Virus record (IMG/VR): IMGVR_UViG_3300030376_000768
Location: 1-42,780 of that record
Source: a virus
Lineage: Duplodnaviria; Caudoviricetes
Strand: one strand, 5' to 3'
DNA: 42,780 nt
In this document: positions 1-9,235 of the stretch, one piece after another
Position numbering within the stretch: the stretch's first letter is position 1
How the letters are laid out: every line of letters begins with the position of its first letter
The notes under the pieces: generated by a model
Database searches by the model: none
What the model was told of the DNA's origin: nothing
What the model saw: only the letters and a program-made list of their open reading frames with translations
Translations under genes and position numbers: made by a program

Positions 1-90
1 CATTGCAACTAATAAATATATTAGTTTTCCGTCTAGATTTATTTATTTTACCCCTACCAGGGGGTTTTGAATGCTTACCATATAGATGAA
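1..90 (+). repeat. Direct terminal repeat, left copy
   Basis: 1-90 equals 42691-42780 except C78 vs T42768; lies between the starts of the two gene arms. Confidence 0.9.
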
Positions 91-175
91 CTGCAAGAAA
101 TAAATATCTCGCAGAAATTATCATATTAGCAGGGGGGTTATTTAAATTATTTTTAGGTTATTTTGTATTTACCTA

Positions 176-204
176 TTGACTTTTGATTAAAAATATGATA
201 TAAT
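176..204 (+). promoter_or_regulatory. Sigma70-type promoter P1
   Basis: TTGACT-17 bp-TATAAT with extended -10 TG. Confidence 0.8.
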
Positions 205-307
205 ATTATTATAGTATCATGTAAATATTGATATAATTGTTTTTTAGTTTGTTTAAAGTTAGTTATACAGACTGTATCAATGTTTCATGATATAATTAAG
301 AAAGTTC

Positions 308-336
308 TTGACTTTCTCTCAATCATGTGGTATAAT
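308..336 (+). promoter_or_regulatory. Sigma70-type promoter P2, predicted leaderless start at ATG 343
   Basis: TTGACT-17 bp-TATAAT-ATTAGT-ATG, extended -10 TG. Confidence 0.8.
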
Positions 337-342
337 ATTAGT

Positions 343-876
343 ATGAATGAAAAATTAAAATCTACAGACAGTGTAGGTAGGTATAGAACTTTATCTCTTT
401 TTTGGGAATGGAACAATCCAGGAGATAAACCTGCATTGTTTACAACAAAGCCTGAAGACATTGTTAGGGATAATGTAACGTATAAGTCTATGAAGAAGTT
501 ATATATGTCCTATGAGCATGCTCCTGGGTTTGAATATGACTTTGCTATAGATGTCTTAGGTTCTTGGGAACATTGGCAAAAGCTTGTCAATGGTAGTAAA
601 GAAATCCAAGAAATGATAAAAGACTGGCAACACGAGTTAGACATAAGATTAAAGGCACAGGGCATAAAAGCCATCATGAGACACAGTTTGGATGATGACC
701 CTAAAGGACTGCAAGCAGCTAAGTACCTTGTAGAGAAAGGTTACGCTAAACGTGCAGGACGACCAAGTAAAGAAGAAGTAGAACGAGAACTCAAATCAGA
801 TGCTAAGGCTGCAAAAGAAAGACAGGCTGACTTAGAACGTATAGGTTTAAAAGTTGTAAATGGAAAAGATAATTAG
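343..876 (+). CDS. Probable terminase small subunit
   Basis: First gene of the virion arm; helical, with AAKYLVEKGY..KRAGRPSK C-terminal motif of the kind seen in TerS-like genes; start moved from 280 to 343 because the upstream part overlaps the promoter. Confidence 0.55.
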   Translation: MNEKLKSTDSVGRYRTLSLFWEWNNPGDKPALFTTKPEDIVRDNVTYKSMKKLYMSYEHAPGFEYDFAIDVLGSWEHWQKLVNGSKEIQEMIKDWQHELDIRLKAQGIKAIMRHSLDDDPKGLQAAKYLVEKGYAKRAGRPSKEEVERELKSDAKAAKERQADLERIGLKVVNGKDN

Positions 877-952
877 TTTTTTAACATTTCTTACTGTTAT
901 GCCTATAACACCAACAGTATTATTTATTATATCTTTATATCAAGGAATGTAA
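860..952 (+). CDS. 30-aa hydrophobic peptide
   Basis: Manual translation MEKIISFLTFLTVMPITPTVLFIISLYQGM; exactly fills the gap to the next gene. Confidence 0.4.
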   Translation: MEKIISFLTFLTVMPITPTVLFIISLYQGM

Positions 953-953
953 C

Positions 954-1217
954 ATGGCAATGCTTTACAGACAGAACGATGGAACAATGGGACCAATTAA
1001 CCCAGCAAATCAAACTAATCAAGCTCGTAGAGACCTTGCCGCAGGTGAGTCACCAGCTAAGGACCTTCCAGGTAAAGGTGCTAATAGAGGTACTTCAGGC
1101 GTTCTAGGAAGTGGTGAAGGTATGGGTACAGCTACTGGAAGAGAGGCAGGATTAGTAGGTTCTGTTAACCCTGAAGTACAAAATGATGATGTACTGTTAC
1201 CATATCAAAAACTATAA
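954..1217 (+). CDS. Hypothetical Gly-rich protein
   Basis: ORF with AAGGA RBS; stop coupled to next start (TAATG). Confidence 0.7.
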   Translation: MAMLYRQNDGTMGPINPANQTNQARRDLAAGESPAKDLPGKGANRGTSGVLGSGEGMGTATGREAGLVGSVNPEVQNDDVLLPYQKL

Positions 1218-1468
1218 TGCCTTATCAAACTAAAGGTAAAAGAGATTACAAGAAAGAACTAAACTGGGAAAAGAAAAAGAAACCTAGTAGAGTAAAAGAT
1301 AGGGCTTCACGCAACGCAGCTAGAAAGAAAGCTGGTCTTAAGAAGGGAGACCCTCGTCAAGTAGACCATAAAGATAATAACCCTAGAAATAACAGTAAAA
1401 AGAATCTGCGAAAGGTTGCAGCTAAGACTAATCTAAAGAAAGAATCAAAGAGGAAAAAACGTGGCTAA
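1217..1468 (+). CDS. Small basic HNH-motif protein
   Basis: VDHKDNNPRNNSKKNLR resembles a minimal HNH motif; very Lys/Arg-rich. Confidence 0.6.
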   Translation: MPYQTKGKRDYKKELNWEKKKKPSRVKDRASRNAARKKAGLKKGDPRQVDHKDNNPRNNSKKNLRKVAAKTNLKKESKRKKRG

Positions 1469-1808
1469 AATAGACTTACCTACCATATCATCTGGTTATG
1501 CTAGTAATACAACATTTAATACTACATTTACCACAATAGAAAACGAGTTCCAACAAAAAGTATTATATCGAGATAATCCTACTGGTGAACCTAACTCCAT
1601 GCAGAATGACCTCGACATGAATAGTAATGACATCAACAATGTAAAAGATATTACAATGACTGGTGACTTTACTGTAGACGGGGTGGATTATTTAACATCA
1701 ATGAAAACCGTATATGATGATTACCTAGCATTAGTTGATAGGGTAACAATTAGTACAGATTCTCCTTCTGGTGGTTCAGATGGTGATATCTGGTTTAAAG
1801 TAACTTAA
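1461..1808 (+). CDS. Putative tail/appendage structural protein
   Basis: LDMNSNDINNV fibre-type motif and C-terminal ISTDSPSGGSDGDIWF typical of fibre proteins. Confidence 0.6.
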   Translation: MAKIDLPTISSGYASNTTFNTTFTTIENEFQQKVLYRDNPTGEPNSMQNDLDMNSNDINNVKDITMTGDFTVDGVDYLTSMKTVYDDYLALVDRVTISTDSPSGGSDGDIWFKVT

Positions 1809-1821
1809 GGAGAAATAATAA

Positions 1822-2214
1822 ATGGCAGCTTTATCGGATTATGCAGAAAAGCTATTACTAGACTATGCGATGACAGACGGTTCTGTTACTCGTCCTACAG
1901 CTTGGTATGTAGCTCTATATACATCAGCACCTAGTGATTCAGGTGGTGGTACAGAAGTTTCAGGTAGTGGATATTCAAGACAATCAGTAACTTTTGCAGC
2001 AGCTACATCAGGTGCAGGTACTACATCTAACACAAATGCACAAACATTTACAGCTTCAGGTGGAGCTTTTGGTACTGTAGTAGCTATTGGTATTCATGAT
2101 GCTTCATCAGGTGGTAACTTGTTATGGCATGGTAATATGACAGCATCTAAAACAATTGCTGATGGTGACACACTAGAATTTTCTATTGGTAATATCGACT
2201 TAACTTTAGCTTAA
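1822..2214 (+). CDS. Putative virion appendage/tail-fibre-associated protein
   Basis: AAGGAG RBS; YVALYTSAP...GTEVSGSGYSRQSVTF...GNLL motif pattern of a widespread phage structural family. Confidence 0.65.
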   Translation: MAALSDYAEKLLLDYAMTDGSVTRPTAWYVALYTSAPSDSGGGTEVSGSGYSRQSVTFAAATSGAGTTSNTNAQTFTASGGAFGTVVAIGIHDASSGGNLLWHGNMTASKTIADGDTLEFSIGNIDLTLA

Positions 2215-2223
2215 GGACAAGTT

Positions 2224-3042
2224 ATGTCTGACGGCTATAGAGTCTTAGAATCTGGGAATGATAACAGGATTACAGAAGCCGGTGTATTTAGAATAACAGA
2301 AGGTTTTCTATTAGGTGAAGCTGCTCTTGTAGGTTCTGGTACGTTAAGTGCAGATGCAGATGCTAAAGTACATCCAGAAAGTTCTTTAACTGGTACAGGC
2401 ACATTAGCTTCAATAGGTGTTAGAATACATCCAGGGGCAGGCGCACTAACTGGCACAGGAACAATTAGTGCAGATGGTGATTTAACTTCTATAGCATTAA
2501 CAGATTTATCAGGTGCTGGAAGTATAAGTTCTGTAGGTGATAGAAAAATATATGGAGCAAGTGCATTAACTGGTACAGCTACAATAAGTATAGTACCATC
2601 ACATACTTTACCAGCTTTTGCAGATTTAACTGCAACAGGTAGTAAGTTATCTGCAGGTGTAAAAACTTTATTTGGTCATGCTGATTTTACTGGAACAGGT
2701 ACTGCAGTATTTACAGAATCATTTACTGCTAAACCATTAGCAGACTTAACTGGTACAGGTTCTATAACAGTAGCAGGTATAGTTAAAAAATTAGTATCTA
2801 TAGCTTTACCAGGTACAGGAACATTAAGTGCTGTTGGAGATAAAAAGAAAATTGTTTCTATAGCTTTAGCTGGTTCAAGTACTTTAACTGCAGATGCTTT
2901 AGAAACAGACATGTATGTTAAAGTAAGTGGTGTATGGAAAGATTCACAACCATTTGTTAATTATAAAGGTACTTGGAAAGAACCTGAAATATTTATTAAA
3001 GTCAGTGGTGCTTGGAAAAAAGTTTATAGGAAGGGCACTTAA
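2224..3042 (+). CDS. Structural protein with ten 20-aa Gly/Thr repeats
   Basis: L(T/S)G(T/A)G(T/S) recurs every 20 aa; C-terminal YVKVSGxWK repeats. Confidence 0.7.
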   Translation: MSDGYRVLESGNDNRITEAGVFRITEGFLLGEAALVGSGTLSADADAKVHPESSLTGTGTLASIGVRIHPGAGALTGTGTISADGDLTSIALTDLSGAGSISSVGDRKIYGASALTGTATISIVPSHTLPAFADLTATGSKLSAGVKTLFGHADFTGTGTAVFTESFTAKPLADLTGTGSITVAGIVKKLVSIALPGTGTLSAVGDKKKIVSIALAGSSTLTADALETDMYVKVSGVWKDSQPFVNYKGTWKEPEIFIKVSGAWKKVYRKGT

Positions 3043-3044
3043 TT

Positions 3045-3350
3045 ATGACTATACATTATGGTGAATTTTATAGTGGTACAAAAACAGATTTAATTCGAGA
3101 ACTAGAAACTGGTTCAGATATAAGAATTACAGAAGGTGGTGATACTAGAATTACAGGTACAGTATCTGTAGGTGGTGGTTCTAGTCTTTTAAGTGCTACA
3201 GGAACTAAGACAGGTTTTATAGGTCAGATGTATGTTAATGTTTCAGGAGCTTGGAAAGATAGTGAACCATATGTTAAACACGAGGGAAGTTGGAAACATC
3301 CAACAGAAATTTATAAAAAAGTAGGAATTAACTGGGTAAGGGTATATTAA
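3045..3350 (+). CDS. Short paralog of 2224-3042
   Basis: Shares RITEGG.TRIT N-terminal and MYVxVSGxWKDSxP C-terminal motifs. Confidence 0.7.
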   Translation: MTIHYGEFYSGTKTDLIRELETGSDIRITEGGDTRITGTVSVGGGSSLLSATGTKTGFIGQMYVNVSGAWKDSEPYVKHEGSWKHPTEIYKKVGINWVRVY

Positions 3351-3794
3351 ATGGCAAATGTAAAAATATCAGGACTAACGGGAGCTTCATCAGTAGCAGA
3401 CGCTAATGAGTTTGAAATTAATGAATCAGGAACTTCTAAAAAGGTTACTGGTACACAGATTAAAACATTTGTATATTCTCCCAATGAAATAGAATTAACA
3501 GGTACTGGGTCTTTAGAATTACCAACAGGTACAACAGCACAAAGACCAGGGTCACCAGCAGCAGGTATGTTTAGGTATAACTCAACTACTGGAGCATTTG
3601 AAGGTTATACAGATGCTTGGGGCTCTATCGGTGGAGGTGCTTCTGCAGGAGGTGTAATTTATGAAAATGCTCTTACAATTTCATCAGACTATACTTTAAC
3701 AACAAACAAGAATGGAATGTCAGTAGGACCAATTACAGTTGGTACAGGTGTTACTGTTACTATTCCTTCTGGACAACGATGGGTGGTATTATAA
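3351..3794 (+). CDS. Tail fibre-like protein
   Basis: MANVKISGL start; LPTGTTAQRP...GMFRYNSTTGAFEGY fibre motif. Confidence 0.7.
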   Translation: MANVKISGLTGASSVADANEFEINESGTSKKVTGTQIKTFVYSPNEIELTGTGSLELPTGTTAQRPGSPAAGMFRYNSTTGAFEGYTDAWGSIGGGASAGGVIYENALTISSDYTLTTNKNGMSVGPITVGTGVTVTIPSGQRWVVL

Positions 3795-3795
3795 T

Positions 3796-4002
3796 ATGGC
3801 TTCAATAATAAATGCAGATACAAGTGGTGGATTAAAATTAACTTCTGATACTTCTGGAACAATACAACTACAATCTGGGGGTTCAACAAAATTTGAAGTA
3901 ACTAGTACTACAATAGTATTAACAGGACTTCCAACATCTGACCCAGCTAATGCTGGTCAACTATGGAATAGTTCTGGCACTTTAAAAATTTCGGCAGGAT
4001 AG
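3796..4002 (+). CDS. Small fibre-associated protein
   Basis: Start moved to ATG 3796; GLPTSDPANAGQLWNSSGTLKIS motif. Confidence 0.6.
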   Translation: MASIINADTSGGLKLTSDTSGTIQLQSGGSTKFEVTSTTIVLTGLPTSDPANAGQLWNSSGTLKISAG

Positions 4003-4014
4003 GGAGAACAAATA

Positions 4015-4611
4015 ATGTCAAGTATAGTAATTAATGGAGACACTTCTGGAGCTATTACAGTTGCAGCACCAGCAGTAGCAGGTTCAAACACACTTACACT
4101 ACCTGCAACAACAGGAACAATTTTAGATACTAACAGCTCTCTAGCCTCATCTAAATTAACTGGTGCATTACCTGCTATTGACGGTTCTGCTTTAACAGGC
4201 GTTAGTGCTGGTAAAATCTTGCAAGTTGTACATGCTACACAAAACACAGAAGTGCTTACAACTAGTACATCATTAATTGATACTGGATTAACTGCTAGTA
4301 TTACACCATCTGCAACAAGTTCTAAAATTGCTGTTTTTTATAATGTTCCAATTCTTACACAAGCAAATGAAATAGTGATGTTTGCATTAATTAGAGGTAC
4401 TACAAATATTTTAAATAATGTTAGAGCTTTATCACAAAATCCAAATGGTGCTGTAAATTTTCCAGCAAATTATTTAGATTCACCAAGCACAACATCTGCT
4501 ACTACATATAAAGTACAATTTGGGCATTTGGGTACACCATCTTCTGGTTCTGCTGTTAATTGGAATAATCAAAGTCCATCACAAATAATGTTAATGGAGG
4601 TAGCAGGATAA
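4015..4611 (+). CDS. Tail fibre-like protein
   Basis: TLTLPATTGT, LPAIDGSALTG, GKILQVV, LDSPSTTSATTYKVQ motifs common in aquatic podovirus fibres. Confidence 0.7.
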   Translation: MSSIVINGDTSGAITVAAPAVAGSNTLTLPATTGTILDTNSSLASSKLTGALPAIDGSALTGVSAGKILQVVHATQNTEVLTTSTSLIDTGLTASITPSATSSKIAVFYNVPILTQANEIVMFALIRGTTNILNNVRALSQNPNGAVNFPANYLDSPSTTSATTYKVQFGHLGTPSSGSAVNWNNQSPSQIMLMEVAG

Positions 4612-4889
4612 TGTTAAAAGCTGAAGCAATTATAAAATTAAATCCAAATGTTGTTACTGTTCGTGGTGGTGACAAAGCATATGATAAAGATAACAATGAA
4701 GTAACTTATGATAATCCTGCTGTTGAAGCATTAGTATTAGCAAATGCTTATAAAGAACAAAGAGCAGCAGAATATAAACCATTAGCTGAACAACTAGATA
4801 TGCAATATCATGATTCACAAAATGGTACAGAAACATGGCTTGACCATATAAAAGAAGTCAAAGCAAAGTATCCAAAGGGAGATGAATAA
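4611..4889 (+). CDS. Putative fibre assembly chaperone
   Basis: YKEQRAAEY..LAEQLDMQYHD...W..HI..VKAKYPK motif directly after a fibre gene. Confidence 0.6.
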   Translation: MLKAEAIIKLNPNVVTVRGGDKAYDKDNNEVTYDNPAVEALVLANAYKEQRAAEYKPLAEQLDMQYHDSQNGTETWLDHIKEVKAKYPKGDE

Positions 4890-5950
4890 TGTCAGTAGTT
4901 ATTAACGGAACAAATGGTGTTACATATAATGATGGCACTGTACAAGCATCTGCTCCTGTAGGTAAAAATAAAATTATCAATGGTGATATGAGAATAGACC
5001 AAAGAGATGGTACATCTACTATTAATGCAACAGGCGTTACTTACAATGTTGATAGATGGTTAGGTAGAGGGGTTGGTTCTGCTGGAGTATTTACACTAGC
5101 ACAAAGTACAACTTCACCTGTAGATTATACAAATTCTTTAAAAGCAACAGTTACTACAGCAGACAGCTCTATTGCTAGTGGGTCTTCTTATAGAATTCAA
5201 CAAATGGTTGAAGGTTATAATCTGGCAGACCTTAATTGGGGAACTGCAGATGCACAGTCAGTAACTTTATCTTTTTGGGTTCGTTCAAGTGTAACAGGAA
5301 CATTTGGTGGTTCAGTAGCTAATGGTGATTATAATAGATTTAATGTATTTTCTTATACTGTATCTTCTGCAGATACTTGGGAATACAAAACAGTAACTAT
5401 TGCAGGTGATACATCAGGAACATGGGTAACCAATAATGCTTTAGGATTAAGATTAAATTTTAGTATAGGTGCTGGAAGTACTTTACTAACTTCTGCTGGT
5501 TCATGGGGTTCTTCAGCAAAAGAAGGAGTTACTGGACAAGTAAATCTAATTGCTACAAATAGTGCAACTTTTCATATTACTGGAGTACAACTAGAAACAG
5601 GTACAACAGAAACACCATTTGAATATTTACAGTTAGGACAACAACTATCCTTATGTCAAAGGTATTATCAATACTATGACCAAGGTGTCAATGCTTATTC
5701 AAGCACAGGTATTATAGGCTTTCCTTTAAGTACTTGTATGAGAAGTACACCTACATTAACATTAAGTTATTCTGGAACAGCTAACAGAGTTTATAGAATT
5801 GATACTGGTGCTACATCAGATTTAACTATTGCTGCTACTGCTTTAACAGATAAATCTTTTGTAAGTTTATTTGCTACTAGTCCAGGAGGATGGGCAAGTG
5901 CAGCAGGTGTAGGATTTAGGTCAACCTTTGTTTTTGATGCGGAGTTATAA
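4889..5950 (+). CDS. Tail fibre / receptor-binding protein with carbohydrate-binding-like domain
   Basis: KNKIINGDMRIDQR, DRW, VTLSFWV, ITGVQLE.G...TPFE, LCQRYY motifs. Confidence 0.75.
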   Translation: MSVVINGTNGVTYNDGTVQASAPVGKNKIINGDMRIDQRDGTSTINATGVTYNVDRWLGRGVGSAGVFTLAQSTTSPVDYTNSLKATVTTADSSIASGSSYRIQQMVEGYNLADLNWGTADAQSVTLSFWVRSSVTGTFGGSVANGDYNRFNVFSYTVSSADTWEYKTVTIAGDTSGTWVTNNALGLRLNFSIGAGSTLLTSAGSWGSSAKEGVTGQVNLIATNSATFHITGVQLETGTTETPFEYLQLGQQLSLCQRYYQYYDQGVNAYSSTGIIGFPLSTCMRSTPTLTLSYSGTANRVYRIDTGATSDLTIAATALTDKSFVSLFATSPGGWASAAGVGFRSTFVFDAEL

Positions 5951-5952
5951 TT

Positions 5953-6111
5953 ATGACAATTGAATCAGTAAGAGTATTAAGAGATAATAATGGAACTAAA
6001 ACAGGTTATATTATTGACGAAGTTAAAATAGTTCCTTTAGCAGAAGATAATACAGACTATCAACATATACAAAAATGGTTAGAGAAAGGTAATAAAGCAA
6101 GTGAAGCCTAG
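5953..6111 (+). CDS. Small fibre chaperone-like protein (52 aa)
   Basis: Manual translation; VPLAEDNTDYQHIQKWLEKGN motif following a fibre gene. Confidence 0.6.
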   Translation: MTIESVRVLRDNNGTKTGYIIDEVKIVPLAEDNTDYQHIQKWLEKGNKASEA

Positions 6112-6268
6112 TCCAGAAGAAACTAAACAAGCTATCAAAGAAGGACTAACTGAATGGTTAGAAGATAAATTTTCTGAGTTTGGTAAGCTAAGTTTAAAAG
6201 CTATATTAGCACTACTAGTTGCTGCATTAGTTTATTTTTGGGCTGCTAGTCAAGGTTGGAAGATTTGA
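6101..6268 (+). CDS. 55-aa single-TM membrane protein (lysis-module candidate)
   Basis: GTG start; KAILALLVAALVYFWAA hydrophobic stretch; stop overlaps TTG of next gene. Confidence 0.6.
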   Translation: MKPSPEETKQAIKEGLTEWLEDKFSEFGKLSLKAILALLVAALVYFWAASQGWKI

Positions 6269-6696
6269 TTAGTTTGCTTACACATTTAATACCAATAGGT
6301 TTAGGATTTGTTGCTAAACTAACAGCAATTAAATCCGAACAAGCACATCAACAAAATCAATTGATGTTGCAAGCTTTAGCTGCTAAAGAAGGTTCATTGC
6401 AGAAAGCAAGAGAAGCTGCAAGTACTGAAGGTAAAATGGCTGCTTGGAATAGAAGGGTACTAATGTTTGCAATATTATCATTAGTAGCTGTCTATCCTTT
6501 AGCAGGTGTTTTAGGAATAGATACAGTAGTTAAAGTAGTAGAACAGCCAACAAGTTTTTTGTTTGGCATATTTGAATTTGGTGGAGACATTAAATTTGAA
6601 ACAATAAAGGGGCTTTACAAGTTTGATGAAATATTTACATGGGCAACCATGATTGTAGAGTTTTATTTCGGTGGACAATTAGCAAAGGGGAAATAG
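6265..6696 (+). CDS. Holin-like membrane protein
   Basis: Several hydrophobic segments and C-terminal IVEFYFGG as in 3-TM holin-like proteins; exact start uncertain (6256 or 6265). Confidence 0.55.
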   Translation: MISLLTHLIPIGLGFVAKLTAIKSEQAHQQNQLMLQALAAKEGSLQKAREAASTEGKMAAWNRRVLMFAILSLVAVYPLAGVLGIDTVVKVVEQPTSFLFGIFEFGGDIKFETIKGLYKFDEIFTWATMIVEFYFGGQLAKGK

Positions 6697-6698
6697 AT

Positions 6699-6821
6699 AT
6701 GCCAATGGTAAATGGAAAGAAATATGCTTACACAAAAGAAGGTATGAAAAAAGCAGCAGCAGCAAAAAAGAAAAAGAAAAAAGTAATGAAAAAGAAAAAA
6801 CCTATGAAAAAGGGTTATTAA
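6699..6821 (+). CDS. 40-aa Lys-rich mini-protein
   Basis: MPMVNGKKYAYTKEGMKKAAAAKKKKKK; start moved to ATG 6699. Confidence 0.65.
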   Translation: MPMVNGKKYAYTKEGMKKAAAAKKKKKKVMKKKKPMKKGY

Positions 6822-6822
6822 A

Positions 6823-6969
6823 ATGGCTGAAGCTAAAAAGTTTAAGCCTCATATGATGTATGATAAAAAAACTGGTAAAGGACAAATGGTATTTACTAAG
6901 AAAAAACATTTGGCTTTAAAAGCTAAAGGTCATACACATACTAAACCAAAATCTAAGAAGAAGAAATAA
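6823..6969 (+). CDS. 48-aa Lys-rich mini-protein
   Basis: Manual translation MAEAKKFKPHMMYDKKTGKG...HLALKAKGHTH; TAATG coupling to next gene. Confidence 0.65.
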   Translation: MAEAKKFKPHMMYDKKTGKGQMVFTKKKHLALKAKGHTHTKPKSKKKK

Positions 6970-7274
6970 TGGCTAAGACACCAGCATGGACAAGAAAAGA
7001 AGGTAAGAATCCTAAGGGAGGATTAAATGCTAAAGGTAGAGCTAGTGCAAAAGCACAAGGCTCTAACCTTAAAGCACCAGTTAAGTCTGGTACAAATCCT
7101 AGACGTGTTTCTTTTGCTGCTAGATTTGCAGGAATGAAAGGTCCTATGAAAGATAGTAAAGGTAGACCAACACGTAAAGCATTAGCACTTAAAGCTTGGG
7201 GATTTGGTTCTGTTGAGGCAGCAAGAAACTTTGCTAACAGACATAAAAAATCTAATAAAAAGAAGAAAGCTTAA
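6969..7274 (+). CDS. Basic conserved phage protein (DUF6321-like)
   Basis: PAWTRKEGKNPKGGLNAKGRAS...RRVSFAARF motif recalled from this family. Confidence 0.65.
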   Translation: MAKTPAWTRKEGKNPKGGLNAKGRASAKAQGSNLKAPVKSGTNPRRVSFAARFAGMKGPMKDSKGRPTRKALALKAWGFGSVEAARNFANRHKKSNKKKKA

Positions 7275-7462
7275 TGGCAACTACTAAAAAGAAAAGTACA
7301 GTAAACAAAGCAGGTAACTATACTAAACCTACAATGAGGAAAGCTTTATTCAATAAGATTAAAGCCGGTGGTAAAGGTGGTAAACCTGGACAATGGTCAG
7401 CTCGTAAAGCACAGATGTTAGCTAAACAATATAAAGCCAAAGGTGGTGGTTACCGTGGCTAA
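7274..7462 (+). CDS. Basic protein, DUF5872-like N-terminal half
   Basis: NYTKPTMRK...GGKPGQWSARKAQMLAKQYKAKGGGY. Confidence 0.65.
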   Translation: MATTKKKSTVNKAGNYTKPTMRKALFNKIKAGGKGGKPGQWSARKAQMLAKQYKAKGGGYRG

Positions 7463-7691
7463 AGCTAAATCGCAAAAGAGTTTAACTAAATGGACAAAAC
7501 AAAAATGGAGAACATCTGATGGTACGAAGAGTAAAGGTAAAAAAAGATACCTTCCTGACGCAGCTTGGAAATCACTTACGCCAGCTGAAAAGAAAGCTAC
7601 TAACGCTGCCAAAGCAAAAGGTAATCGCAAAGGTAAGCAGCATGTGGCACAACCTAAAAAGGTAGCAAAGAAGACAGCAAGGTACAGATAA
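7455..7691 (+). CDS. Basic protein, DUF5872-like C-terminal half
   Basis: QKSLTKWTKQKW...RYLPDAAW...ATN; GTG start at 7455 preferred. Confidence 0.6.
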   Translation: MAKAKSQKSLTKWTKQKWRTSDGTKSKGKKRYLPDAAWKSLTPAEKKATNAAKAKGNRKGKQHVAQPKKVAKKTARYR

Positions 7692-7692
7692 C

Positions 7693-9225
7693 ATGACTCA
7701 GATTGACCAAATCAGAGAGGCTGCAGAAGCAGACCTACTTACATTTATTAAATTAGTAGCACCCCACTTATTACTTGGAGCAATTCATGAAGAGTTAATA
7801 AGTTGGTGGAGTAGAACAAGTAGAAAAGATAATCAGTTAGTATTACTTCCTCGTGGACATATGAAGAGTAAACTAGCTGCATATAGAACAGCATGGTATA
7901 TAACTAAACATCCTGAGACTACTGTATTATATGTATCAGCAACAGCAGACTTAGCAGAGAAACAGCTATATGCTATTAAACAGATAATTGATTCCCCTAT
8001 ATATCGTAGGTACTGGAGTAACATGATACATCCAGAGGAAGGAAAACGAGAAAAGTGGGCAGTAGCTGAAATAGCTGTTGACCATCCACAAAGAAAGCTA
8101 GAGGGGATTAGAGATGCGACAGTTAAAGCAGTTGGGCTTACAAGTAATACAACTGGTTTTCATGCCGATATTGTTGTCCTTGATGATATTGTTGTGCCTG
8201 GTAATGCTTATTCACAAGATGGTAGGGAAAAAGTAGGAAATGCTTATTCACAGCTAGCATCTATTGAAAATCCTGGTGCTCAAGAATGGGTAGTAGGAAC
8301 TAGGTATCATCCTAAAGATATATATGATACTATGATTAATATGAAAGAAACTCACTATGATGAAGAAGGTGATGTAGAAAAAGAAGATGAAGTATATGAG
8401 TTATTTCAAAGAGTAGTAGAAAAAGATGGTGAATTCTTATGGGCTAAAAGAACTCGTAAAGATGGTAAATCATTTGGATTTGATAGTAAAGAGTTAGCTA
8501 GAATTAAAGCAAAGTATATTGACACTACACAGTTTTATGCTCAATATTACAATGACCCTAATACAACAGAAAGTGCTAGGATAAGTGCAGATAACTTTCA
8601 GTACTTTGATAAAGCAGCATTAAATGTTAGAGAGGGTGACTGGTATTTAAGAGATAGAAAACTAAATATATTTGCTGCAATTGACTTTGCATTTAGTTTA
8701 AGAAGACAAGCTGACTATACTGCTTTAGTAGTTGTTGGTGTTGACCATCAAAACAATTTCTATGTATTAGATATAGATAGATTTAAAACAGAGAAGATTG
8801 TAGACTACTATCAACATATATTAAGAGCTTGGGAAAAGTGGGGATTTAGAAAAATAAGAGCTGAGGTTACAGTAGCCCAACAAACCATCGTTAAAGAGCT
8901 TAAGGACAGTTATCTTAAACCAAATGGTATCCCACTATCAGTTGATGAATTTAGACCTACTAGAAGCTTAGGAGACAAAGCACAGAGGGTAGGAGCAGTA
9001 CTAGAACCTAAGTATGATAATTTACAAGTTTGGCATTATAAAGGTGGTAATTGTCAAACACTAGAAGAAGAATTAGTGATGGTACATCCACCACATGATG
9101 ATATTAAAGATGCACTATCAAATGCTATGGCAATATCATTAGCACCTAAACTTAGAGCAAACACAGGTTTAGGATTTAATAAACCTTTACCAACCCATAG
9201 TAGGTTTGGTGGTATAACACATTAA
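7693..9225 (+). CDS. terL: Terminase large subunit
   Basis: LPRGHMKS Walker A variant, VVLDD Walker B, VVGTRY coupling motif, nuclease IDFA...ADYTA...HDDIKDAL. Confidence 0.95.
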   Translation: MTQIDQIREAAEADLLTFIKLVAPHLLLGAIHEELISWWSRTSRKDNQLVLLPRGHMKSKLAAYRTAWYITKHPETTVLYVSATADLAEKQLYAIKQIIDSPIYRRYWSNMIHPEEGKREKWAVAEIAVDHPQRKLEGIRDATVKAVGLTSNTTGFHADIVVLDDIVVPGNAYSQDGREKVGNAYSQLASIENPGAQEWVVGTRYHPKDIYDTMINMKETHYDEEGDVEKEDEVYELFQRVVEKDGEFLWAKRTRKDGKSFGFDSKELARIKAKYIDTTQFYAQYYNDPNTTESARISADNFQYFDKAALNVREGDWYLRDRKLNIFAAIDFAFSLRRQADYTALVVVGVDHQNNFYVLDIDRFKTEKIVDYYQHILRAWEKWGFRKIRAEVTVAQQTIVKELKDSYLKPNGIPLSVDEFRPTRSLGDKAQRVGAVLEPKYDNLQVWHYKGGNCQTLEEELVMVHPPHDDIKDALSNAMAISLAPKLRANTGLGFNKPLPTHSRFGGITH

Positions 9226-9235
9226 GGAATAAATT

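Noticed and set aside
280-342. Longer N-terminus for the first gene (and likewise 30916-30933)
   Set aside because: These extensions are translations of the promoter sequences themselves
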